Assembly (NCBI GenBank): GCA_020184695.1
Contig: JAANOX010000104.1
Span: 62,001 to 126,000 of the forward strand
Length of the DNA: 64,000 bases
From: Histomonas meleagridis 2922-C6/04-290x
Lineage: Eukaryota > Protista > Parabasalia
Reading direction: 5' to 3'
Shown here: positions 21,982-32,273 of the stretch, in pieces
How positions within the stretch are numbered: position 1 is the stretch's first letter
Layout: each line of letters opens with the position of its first letter
Position numbers and translations under genes: made by a program
Notes under the pieces: generated by a model
Told to the model about the DNA's origin: nothing
Database searches by the model: none
What the model saw: only the letters and a program-made list of their open reading frames with translations

Positions 21982-23848
21982 TTAAATATTTACAATATTA
22001 TCTTCCTTGAAATCTTCTGCAAATGGATCTTCTTCAATATTTTTGATCTTTGTAACTGAAAATGTATCAATATCTTTGTTTTCATTTGTTTCAAAGCTAA
22101 TAATACGTTCGCTTTTATTTTGGTTACAAGAACGAACAAGAAAAAGTATAACAAATAATATAATTAAAATGATAGCAATTAAAACACAGACAATTATAAT
22201 GATAAGTGTTTTATCAAATTTATCTTCGTAAATTTGCTCATTTTGTTTAAGGATGGTATAGAAATCTGAATAAAGATTAAAATATGCTGAATATTGAACA
22301 ATTGTATAATTATAATATATGTATTCTGTGATAAAATATGTTAATGATGAGGAAAGCATTGACATAATATATGTATTCGAAATAAATGTATAATTAACAA
22401 TCGTTTCGATATATGATAAAATGTATGTTAATGTTAATGAATATGACATTGTATAAAATTCATGAGAATTTCCATTATTAAATGCATTACATCGCATAAA
22501 TGTATTTGATTTAGTAAATGGATTTGATTTAGTATATGTATTTGATTTAGTAAATGGATTTGATTTAGTATATGGATTTGATTTAGTAAATGTATTTGAT
22601 TTAGTATATGGATTTGATTTAGTAAATGTATTTGATTTAGTATATGTATTTGATTTAGTATATGTATTTGATTTAGTAAATGTATTTGATTTAGTAAATG
22701 TATTTGATTTAGTATATGTATTTGATTTAGTATATGTATTTGATTTAGTAAATGGATTTGATTTAGTAAATGGATTTGATTTAGTATATGTATTTGATTT
22801 AGTAAATGTATTTGATTTAGTATATGTATTTGATTTAGTATATGGATTTGATTTAGTATATGTATTTGATTTAGTATATGGATTTGATTTAGTAAATGTA
22901 TTTGATTTAGTAAATGGATTTGATTTAGTAAATGGATTTGATTTAGTAAATGGATTTGATTTAGTAAATGTTTGTGTTTGTGGAAGACATTCATCAATTA
23001 TTCCTTTAAATATATTTAATTTCCCAAATGTTGTTCCTTGATATGATTCTAATACCATAATTTCAATGTCAATTGAATCAAAAGCTTCATCAATTTCAGG
23101 TTCGGTTTCACCATAAAAATAAAAGCACTTCAGTTGGGTACAACTACTAAATGCATTAGCTTTTATCGATTGTACATTTTTCCCGACATATACAGTTGTT
23201 AACTTAGAACATTCAAAAAATAAACTTGAAGGAATTAACTGCGTTTAATTAGAAATTGTGAATGTTTTCAAATGCATATGATGGAATTTCTGTAACACCA
23301 CTTTCAATTATAACATGTTTGGCTACATCTTTATATGTTTCAGCAAAATCATTTGTATTGGTGATTGTGAGTGTATCGCCTGAAAAACCTTCAAAAGAAT
23401 TTGTAAAAAACAAGAAAAATATTATTAGAAGAAATTTGTTGTGGATAACATATGAATTCAAAGGAGGCTTATTAAATAATTTTATAATAGCAAAAAACAA
23501 GAAAAAAGTTTTCGAAAGATCAATAAATTTATGAAATATATATTTGCTGAAAACATTTGCTTCCCTGCAAAAATATAAAGGTTGCTCGAAACCTCTTAAA
23601 AAATATGTTGTTTTGTCATAAATAAACTGCATTTTCTTCTGATGCAAAGAATTTGATTGAAAAATTGTAGGAAACAAGAATACGTTCAACATGTAATCTC
23701 TGTACAAGGAAAATGGTATTGTGAAATTCCTACTATTAAAATTAATTTGATAAATTAGATTTGTATTTAACAGAGATTTTTGATTCAAACCGAAGGCATT
23801 ACATAACAAAGCTTCAAACAACGTAATGATAAAATTATAACGAATCAT
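21982..23848 (-). pseudogene. BspA-like (LRR_5) surface protein, split by a frameshift near 23245; TKSN repeat stalk, TM helix and tail
   Basis: TLTITNTNDF...VIIESGVTEIPSYAF; a second frame gives IPSSLFFECSKLTTVYVGKNVQSIKANAF...FYGETEPEI and joins ORF 21982-23058; paralogous to 32274-35180. Confidence 0.75.
22498..22965 (-). repeat. 18-bp minisatellite, 26 units encoding TKSN[P/T][F/Y]
   Basis: Unit ACTAAATCAAAT(C/A)CAT(T/A)T tandemly repeated in frame. Confidence 0.95.
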
Positions 23849-24110
23849 AATGACAAGGAAAAATTGTGAATATTAGGTGGAGCCAATTGAACGATACATC
23901 ATAAAATTCAGAAAATCGTCGTTATAAAAAGACGATAAGTATTCAATCTGTGACAATCGTTTTCTTGGCAGTGAAAAGCCAAAACAATTTGTTCGATTGA
24001 AAAGTGTCAAATATTCTTCGAACGGACTCTGTTAAAATTTTTATTTTCTGTTTAAATAATAATTTGAAGCGCTTCAAATGATTTACAATTAATCAAAAAC
24101 AAATATTTAT

Positions 24111-27100
24111 TTAATGAAAATATTTTCCACGAGAATCAACCACAGACACAGATGTAGCTCCAACACGTGTTTTTTGTTTCACCCATTCACCGACCACTTT
24201 TTGTTTTTGTTCTTGTCCTCCTAAAGGCGATTTCACTATTCTTCCTTGCCTAACTTTCTGTTCATGATTATTATATCTAAATCTCTTTAAATTTGACTCC
24301 AACATTTCCACGTCACTTTTTGCGTTTTGTAATCTCTTTTTCAGTAAACGGTTTTCTTTTTGTAATCTATTCAATTCGTTCAAAAGTGCGCTATTTTCAG
24401 TCGATTTTGAGTTATAATGTTTTAACGTAATTTCTTGTTGTTGATTTGCTTGTCTTTGTAACAACATCACAGAGTGTTGTAAATGTTTTCTTTGTCTTGT
24501 TTGCCCATTAATTGTTTCATTAATATCTTTTAAATTCTCTTCTAAGTCATTAATGTTAACATATTTATCATAAATGTCTTTTATTGCGTTAATTTTCATT
24601 TCGAAATTTTTGTTATTAATACTTAAAGTTTTATTTAAATCCTTTATAAACATTTGTATTATCTTTTTCTTTTTTGAAAGTTTTTCTTTTTGTATTGATA
24701 ATTTCTTATTTAAGACTTCGATTTGATGATTTTTGTCTTGAATTGTTCTTTTATTTGATTTAATGAATCGTTTTATTGTACGAATTTCTTCATTATTCCC
24801 TTCGAGTTCCGAATTAAGTTTATTAATTTCATCAATCGAAGGTTGTAATTCTTGACTCATTTCATTTAATCGATAATTCATTATATCTTTATTCTTTTCT
24901 AATTCATTATTCGATAGTTGAAGTTTTTCAAGTCTTTCTGATTGTCTTAAAAGTGTTTCATCTCGATCATTTAATTCCGATGTTTTATATTCGAATGAAT
25001 GTTGTTGAATTTTGATTTCTTTTAATAAATCCGTTTTAATTTTCATGATTTTATCTAATTCAGTTTTTAATTCATTTAATACGACTTTTTGTGATTTTAT
25101 GTCTTCTTTACGTTTCTCTCTTCGAAGTTTTAATTCTTCAAGTGTCTTCTTTAAGTCTAATATCTTATTATGATATTCTAAGTTAATGTTCATTCGATCT
25201 TTTTCGAATTCTAATTCTAATTCAATTAATGAATTCTCTTGTTGTGTTTCACATTCATTAGTTTTCGTTTTAGTTAATTGAAGTTTTTCAGTTAAATTGT
25301 TTTGTTCGGAATGAATTTTATCATTAAATTCATTCATCGAATTTAAAAATTGTTGTTTAAGTAAATAAATTCGTTCTTCATATGAACATTTAATATCTTC
25401 GACTTCTTTCTCAATAGAATCAAGTTTCGATTTTTCAAGTTTTAATTTTTGTTCATATAAATTAGTGAGATTTTTAGCTTCATTTAAATGTGAATTTTCC
25501 ATGTTTTGATATATTAACGCTGCTTTAATTATCGAATCATCCATTTCAGCTTTCAAATTTTCGATTTTTTTTATTAATTTTTCTTTTTTTTCTTTTTGTT
25601 GTTGTTTTAATTCATTTAAATTCTTTTGATGTAATAAAATCGATTTTTGTTTTTCTTCTTCATAAATCACATTTTGATTTTGAATTTCTTTTTTGATCTT
25701 ATCAATCGAATGTTGTAATTCATCAAATCTTGATTGTGATACTAAAAAGAATTGTTGTTTAGGTATATCACATCTTAAAATTGGAATTTTTGATTTAGTA
25801 TAATTTTGTGATGAATTTAATACATTAAAAATAAAAATCGATGAATCATTTGATGAAGAAAATAATATTTTCCCATCATTAGATGAACAAAGAGAAGTAA
25901 TTTCTAAGCAATGACAATGTATTATTTCATTCGATATAAAAGGAATTTTAATGTTGTTATTCTCTTGATTCCCACTAAATTCTAATTGTGGAATATCTTC
26001 AAATTCCGATTTTTTATTCGATGGTAATACAAAAGGAAATGGAACAACAATAATTCGACCGAAAATATCGCCGAATATTAACGTCGAATTATTAATGAAT
26101 AAAACAAAAGTAAATTTTATATTTTCTTCTTCATCATCATAAACGCTAATTTGATATTTCTTTAAATAAAAATGATGAATTTGATTCGTGTTTGAACATG
26201 AAATAATAGTTCCACGATCAGAGATTATCGATGATTCAAAATCGACTTTAGAAATTGATTTTTTCCAAACCTTTTCTTGTGTTACTGCATTCCATTCAAT
26301 GATAGTACCATCAGAACTACAACTGACAAGTCGTTTATCATCTGGTGACCATGAAATGGAATTAATTAATCCCATATGACCACGTAACGTCGCAACGATT
26401 TCTTGTGTATAAGGATTAATAAATGTAATAATATGTGATGCAGCTACTAAGAAATGTCCACCATTACTAAATCGTATACATAAACAATTAAACAAAGGCC
26501 ATTGTGATTTTTGGACTAATGAATCTACAGTTACTATCATCAAATATAATTTATCAGTGGATGCAATAGCTAATAAATTACCACTTGGATGAAATGATAT
26601 ATCTGTTAAGTTCTCATTAAATTCCGTTTTATAGATCGAACTTTGTTTTAAATAATCCCAAACTATAACTGTTTTATCTTCGATTCCACAACTTGCTATC
26701 ATTGGTTTATATGTACATGAGCTAACTGCTTTAATTGGACCTTTATGTAAACAAATGTTTGGATTAATTATACTGTTTTCAGTGTCATTTTCTAATTCAC
26801 GTATATTGATTATTATTAATTGACGATTATCAACATTAGTTATCATTTGATGTCCACTTGGTGAAAAAGATCCAAAAACAATTGGATATGATAAACCATA
26901 TGATACTATTGTACCTTGTTGAAACATTTTATTAAAATCTTTTTGACGTGGAAAATGTTGTATGACAATAATTTTGTTGTTTTCGGTTCCTAAAATAATT
27001 CCATGATTATATGATGCTAAAAATACTATTGTGGTTTCTTCGGTGATTGTTAATGTATGTTGATATTCCATGTTACAAAAAAAAATTACGTCTTGTCCTG

Positions 27101-27752
27101 ACGCTGTAATACAAATGTTTGGATCACTTAATAAAAATATGAAATTAACAAAATATGAATATTTGGTTAATGAAATCGTGGTGGTGGTTTCCCCATTAGT
27201 ATTATAATATCCAATGGTTCGTGGTGAATATAATAATATTAGTTCATCATTCGTTGGATGAAAAGTGGCAATTTCATAAGGCTCATTAAATCGAATACTT
27301 TTGATTTCAGTCTTGCTAGGAATGTCAAAGATCGTAAGACGGAATTTTCGTGGATCCGTGACTAAGAATAACCCGATTTTTAATGTGGAATGAAATGATA
27401 GATAATGAATTTTGTTGGAATTTTCTTGAGGAAATTGTGCATAAATATTACCAGTGGAAATAGAATATAACGTGACAACGGGTGAATCAGATTGACGTAA
27501 AGAAGCAATTCCAATGAGATTTAAATCTGTTTTATATGAAAATCCTGTAAAACCAATATGTTGCGACTTTTTGTCATTAAGATTGGAACTCAAAAGAAAT
27601 ATTCGTTCGCCTGTATCAAGGGATTGTTGTATAACTAAATTTCCAACTGGCATAATAATTGATGAATCATTTATATAAAATGGGCCAGAATTCTTAATTC
27701 CAGCCATCCCAAGAGCACTATAGGGTTCTAAGCATGTATTATATGTTTTCAT
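24111..27752 (-). CDS. CFAP57: WD40 plus coiled-coil flagellar protein, CFAP57/WDR65-like
   Basis: WD40 repeats (FHPSGNLLAI, LFNCLCIRFSNGGHFLVAA, LRGHMGLINSISWSPDD) followed by a long coiled-coil ending KSTENSALLNELNRLQKEN. Confidence 0.7.
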   Translation of the reverse strand: MKTYNTCLEPYSALGMAGIKNSGPFYINDSSIIMPVGNLVIQQSLDTGERIFLLSSNLNDKKSQHIGFTGFSYKTDLNLIGIASLRQSDSPVVTLYSISTGNIYAQFPQENSNKIHYLSFHSTLKIGLFLVTDPRKFRLTIFDIPSKTEIKSIRFNEPYEIATFHPTNDELILLYSPRTIGYYNTNGETTTTISLTKYSYFVNFIFLLSDPNICITASGQDVIFFCNMEYQHTLTITEETTIVFLASYNHGIILGTENNKIIVIQHFPRQKDFNKMFQQGTIVSYGLSYPIVFGSFSPSGHQMITNVDNRQLIIINIRELENDTENSIINPNICLHKGPIKAVSSCTYKPMIASCGIEDKTVIVWDYLKQSSIYKTEFNENLTDISFHPSGNLLAIASTDKLYLMIVTVDSLVQKSQWPLFNCLCIRFSNGGHFLVAASHIITFINPYTQEIVATLRGHMGLINSISWSPDDKRLVSCSSDGTIIEWNAVTQEKVWKKSISKVDFESSIISDRGTIISCSNTNQIHHFYLKKYQISVYDDEEENIKFTFVLFINNSTLIFGDIFGRIIVVPFPFVLPSNKKSEFEDIPQLEFSGNQENNNIKIPFISNEIIHCHCLEITSLCSSNDGKILFSSSNDSSIFIFNVLNSSQNYTKSKIPILRCDIPKQQFFLVSQSRFDELQHSIDKIKKEIQNQNVIYEEEKQKSILLHQKNLNELKQQQKEKKEKLIKKIENLKAEMDDSIIKAALIYQNMENSHLNEAKNLTNLYEQKLKLEKSKLDSIEKEVEDIKCSYEERIYLLKQQFLNSMNEFNDKIHSEQNNLTEKLQLTKTKTNECETQQENSLIELELEFEKDRMNINLEYHNKILDLKKTLEELKLRREKRKEDIKSQKVVLNELKTELDKIMKIKTDLLKEIKIQQHSFEYKTSELNDRDETLLRQSERLEKLQLSNNELEKNKDIMNYRLNEMSQELQPSIDEINKLNSELEGNNEEIRTIKRFIKSNKRTIQDKNHQIEVLNKKLSIQKEKLSKKKKIIQMFIKDLNKTLSINNKNFEMKINAIKDIYDKYVNINDLEENLKDINETINGQTRQRKHLQHSVMLLQRQANQQQEITLKHYNSKSTENSALLNELNRLQKENRLLKKRLQNAKSDVEMLESNLKRFRYNNHEQKVRQGRIVKSPLGGQEQKQKVVGEWVKQKTRVGATSVSVVDSRGKYFH

Positions 27753-28117
27753 TTGTGTTTCATATTTTGCAAAAAAAAACGTATATAACCGTTAACCAAG
27801 TTCTTATTAAAAAAGTGGCAAATCAAAAAATGAAAAGCACGATAGAGAACGATAGAAAAAAGACAAATAGCAAATCCTTTCCCTCGATTGTGCTCTTAAT
27901 CTTTGCTTTAAGCAGATACTTTCCCAGGATCCGCCAATGACTCTCACACATTCCCCATTGCAAGATGATGCACAAATTAATTATTGAAATGGGTTAATAC
28001 CAATAAAAACAAGACAAAAAAATAATCCATGCAGACATTTTTTGGTGATCCGTTTCATGTTGCCATAGATGAAGATGTTAATTCCCATTTTTAATAAACC
28101 GTAAAAGCCATTTTTCT

Positions 28118-28118
<1 letters not shown>

Positions 28119-28149
<31 letters not shown>
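28119..28149 (+). repeat. Poly(A) tract, 31 nt
   Basis: Pure A run, preceded by AATAAA about 25 nt upstream. Confidence 0.9.
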
Positions 28150-28151
<2 letters not shown>

Positions 28152-28245
28152 ATAAAAATAAATTATTGAATCTTATCGTACTTTCCATTTTTTGGAAACA
28201 GTTTATTTTATTATATAAATTTGTTTATATTTTATATTTCTCTTA

Positions 28246-30982
28246 CTAAGTTTTATTAATTCCTAGCATTAGATTTCGAAGTAAATTAGCTATTTCTGTG
28301 TGATTTTTTCGCATTGCAAATGTATTTGCTGACCAATTTAATTTAAGTAATCACCAAATTTCCTTTAGAAATTTTATATTATAAAAATAAAGGTTGAATA
28401 AATTATTTAAACATTTTTTGCAGTATAATCAATTCCATTTTGTTTAAGAAGTAATTTCACAATTTCAGTGTGACCTTTATGCGTTGCTGAAATAAGTGCT
28501 GTATTAAATATTTTAGATAATTTCCAATTCTTAATTTTAAACACCAAATTATTAAAATACTCCATATTTAAAATAATTAAATGTCTCTAGCATTAAAATT
28601 AATATTTTCTTGTTCTAGAAGTAATTTGACTATTTCTGTGCAACCATATTCAGAAGCTAAAAAAAGCGCTGTTTTAAATAACTTAAATAAATCTTAAATA
28701 TTATTTTAAGATTTCAAACAAAATAAACAAAGCCCAAATTTATTAAATAAACATTTTGGGCATTAATATTAATTCCTTCTTTTTCAAGAAGTAACTTGAC
28801 TACTTCAGAATTACCATTTTTAGATGCTTCCATTAGTGCTGTGTTAAATATTTTATATAATTTTTAAACATCATATTGAAATATTAAATATTATAAATAA
28901 AATTTAATCAAAATATTAAAATATCGTTAGAATTAATTTTGATATTTTTATGTTCAAGTAATAATTTAACTATTTCTGAATGACCACATCCAGATGCAAT
29001 CATAAGTGCTGTAAAAAATATTTTGTTTAATTTCCTAATATTATATTGAAATATTAAATTAATAAAAAAGATTAAAATTAATATAAAAAAATATTTTTAT
29101 CATTTACTTTAATATCTTCTTGTTCAAGAAGTAATTTAACTATTTCTACATAACCTCTTAGAACTGCATACATAAGTGCTGTAAAAAATATTTTAAGTAA
29201 TTTTGAAATATCATTTTGAAATTTGAATTTATTAATTTAAAATTTAAATCATGTAAACAAATATTTTTAATATTAACATCAATTCCTTTTTGTTCAAGAA
29301 GTAATTTAACTACTTCGGTATGTCCATTTAAAGATGCTTGGATAAGTGAAGTATAAAACATTTTAATTAAATTCCAATTATTATTTAGAAATATTAAATT
29401 ATTAAAATAATTTTTAAATTATACCAATATATCTTTTATATTAATATCAATTCCTTCTTGTTCAAGAATCATTTTTAAAATTTTTATATGACCATTTGCA
29501 GATGCTAATTCAAGACTTGTAAAAAATTAACTAAATAAACACCAAATTATAATTTAAAATATTATATTTATGGAATAAACAATAATAAAATTAAATATTA
29601 TCTTTAGTATTTGTTACAATTCCTTCTTGTTCGAGAAGTAATTTATATATTTTTGTATGTCCATTTTCAGCAGCTTTCATCAAAGCAGTTCTAAGTTATA
29701 TAAACATATTCCAAATATTATTTTCAAATATTAAAAAATCAAAATAAACATATTCAGTATTAATATCAATTACATTTAGGTCTAAAATATATTTTACAAG
29801 TTCAATATTTCCTGATTCTGAAGATAATATTAATATATCTGAAGGAATCGGATAAGTTTTAAGTAAATTCTCGACAAGATATAAATTTCCAATTCTTGAT
29901 TCTCTGTGTATAATATTTTCACTAGCTTTCACGCCATTTTTTTCTAGAAATAAAAATATTTCATAGTTTCCACTATCACTACAAACTTGTAATAATTTTC
30001 TAAACTTTTTTTCCAATTTCTTTTCAAATATATAATGAAATATATCATTTTGATGGAATTTAATTGCTGCTTCATATGATTCTTTAAATGTTGAATGATT
30101 TTGTTCACATAAATGAATGATTTCATGATTTCCACTTGCAATTGCATATTTACCTGTGTTATTTACATTTGCATTATTCATAAGTAAAAATTTAAAGCAT
30201 TTTACAGATGAAAAAAATGCTGCATAATCAATTAATGTAACATGTTTTTGATTAATATATGAATACTTTTGATAAAGTGATGGTTCAATAAATTGATTAA
30301 TATTAAAATTTGGTTGTGTTGATATTTCTTGAAGTTTATCAACATCATCATTTTGAATTATTTTGGCAACTTCTAATGGATTAACTTCTTCTTTAATTAA
30401 TTTCTTATGAAGTTCCCAATCATTTTTTGATAGTTTTTCATAATTTAAAATGAATTTTCTGTAATATGAATCATTATAATATTTTGTTCTATTTTCAGCT
30501 TCTGTTTTACGATGTGCAAAATATTTTGAATACACTTTTTTAATTATGCTTTCATCTATTAAATTAAATTCTATCATTTTCTCAAGAATATAATATGATT
30601 CTTGTTCTTCGATTTGAGATAAATATCCACTAAAAATTTTAAACACATTTGGATTCTTTTTATTTAATTCTTTTTGTTGTTTTTGCATTGATTTTAAATA
30701 TTTTAAATATATATTAAGTATTCCCCTCATTGAAGAAAATGCTGAATAAACAAAAATGCAAACAATTACATTGAATGAGTGTGGAAAATTTGTATCATAT
30801 AAATTCATTGTTTGTTGTATAGTATCCTCAAGATTTTCTTCATGTAAATTAAATATTAAGTGTTCAAGTGAATTTAGATTTTGCAGATTGGAGAATTGAC
30901 TGTTAATATCTTTGCAGTCTACTTTTTTTCCACTTTCTTTGAACTGCAAAATAAAATTCTGGTGCCAATTTGAGTAACCCAA
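28246..30982 (-). CDS. DUF3447-like domain plus ankyrin repeats with 9 spacer/codon inserts (locus B)
   Basis: LIDYAAFFSSVKCFKFLL domain; inserts of 60,79,78,80,80,80,80,80,80 nt; decoded frame is stop-free to TAG at 28246; start uncertain (30982 is TTG, no upstream in-frame ATG). Confidence 0.78.
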
Positions 30983-31243
30983 ATTTTCAAAAAATATTTT
31001 TGATGATGAGAAGGTTAGGGTACCCTAATGCCGATAAATTAATATTCAAAAAGTGAATATGACAAAATATGACACGATCAAATATAACTAAAAAAGTCGA
31101 ACAGGCAAATATCACGATTAAAGCTCAATCAAAAAGTCGAATGTTGTCGAAATATTTAGCGACCGTTTATGTATGCATCCTATCGTACTACGGTTAATGA
31201 TCAAATATCATTGAAAAGGCGAGCTTAGCATTAACGTACGTTA

Positions 31244-32098
31244 ATGAGAACAAGAAAATCTAAAACATTACTAAGCCCAAAAGATAAAATATTAAGAAGC
31301 TCAAAAACATCTTTAACTCAATCAAAAGAGCTAATCAAAATACAACCAGATTTAGGTGCAGGATGGACAACTACAAATATTTCATATTTAAAAACAATAC
31401 CTAAAGAAAATATGAACGAAGAAATTTATAAAATTTTTGGAATTCCTCCTGAATTTAAAAATGATTCTATTCATTACATTTCAAATATTTTTATTGACTT
31501 TCAATTTGAATCATTTCTATTTTCTCAACAATTCAATGACACTACCAAAGAATTAATTGTTCTTATGATATTAAATGATTATATATGTAATATCCCTACT
31601 TGTAAAAATCCCAAATTTTACATAAATCAATTTCATACTAAAGTTATAAAAATCATTTCGAACAATGAATCATTTAACCCCAATGAAATTCATCTTTTAA
31701 GTACATATATTAAACAAAATCTTGAATCAAACATAATAATTTTGCAATTTGTTTTTACAGATCAAACATTACAAGAGGTAGATAAAGAATGTTTTGCAAT
31801 AATGAATAAATATTCATCAAAATCGGAAGCAGATAATGATAATAACGAAGAAATTTCACAGCAAACAAAACTTGAAGAACAACTAAATTTAATGGAAGAT
31901 AAAGAAAAGAAAATGAACGAAGCAAAAGAAAAAGAATTAGAAATGGGAAAGACAATTGAAGCAGCTATAGAAGAAAAATTTAATGTAATGAGAACAGAAA
32001 TCGAACATCGTAATGATGCTTTGGTTCGTCAAATTAAAACAATGGAAGATATGTTGGATGGTAATCGAAAAGGAAGAAAAAAATCAATTATCGAATAA
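31244..32098 (+). CDS. Hypothetical protein, possibly flagellar C1a-32/CLAMP-like, with coiled-coil tail
   Basis: 284-aa ORF; IFIDFQFESFLFSQQF segment resembles the family; weak assignment. Confidence 0.55.
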   Translation: MRTRKSKTLLSPKDKILRSSKTSLTQSKELIKIQPDLGAGWTTTNISYLKTIPKENMNEEIYKIFGIPPEFKNDSIHYISNIFIDFQFESFLFSQQFNDTTKELIVLMILNDYICNIPTCKNPKFYINQFHTKVIKIISNNESFNPNEIHLLSTYIKQNLESNIIILQFVFTDQTLQEVDKECFAIMNKYSSKSEADNDNNEEISQQTKLEEQLNLMEDKEKKMNEAKEKELEMGKTIEAAIEEKFNVMRTEIEHRNDALVRQIKTMEDMLDGNRKGRKKSIIE

Positions 32099-32273
32099 TA
32101 TTAAAAGTTATTTGTATGTAAATCGTTTAATATAAATGGAAATGTAATTTCGATTTTAAAATCAAAACCTTTCCAAAATTAAATCTACTATCAGTCAAAA
32201 CTTATTACTATCTCCATAATAATTTTGTCGTTCAAAATTCATTTTCATTTTTTTTTCTTTGAATATTATAAGA

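Noticed and set aside
22434-22997. 187-aa LNQIH-repeat ORF
   Set aside because: Alternative frame of the TKSN minisatellite.
23240-23270. 17-nt spacer-like ATTCACAATTTCTAATT at the BspA frameshift
   Set aside because: Removing it does not restore the downstream frame, so it is not evidence of the system outside ankyrin genes.
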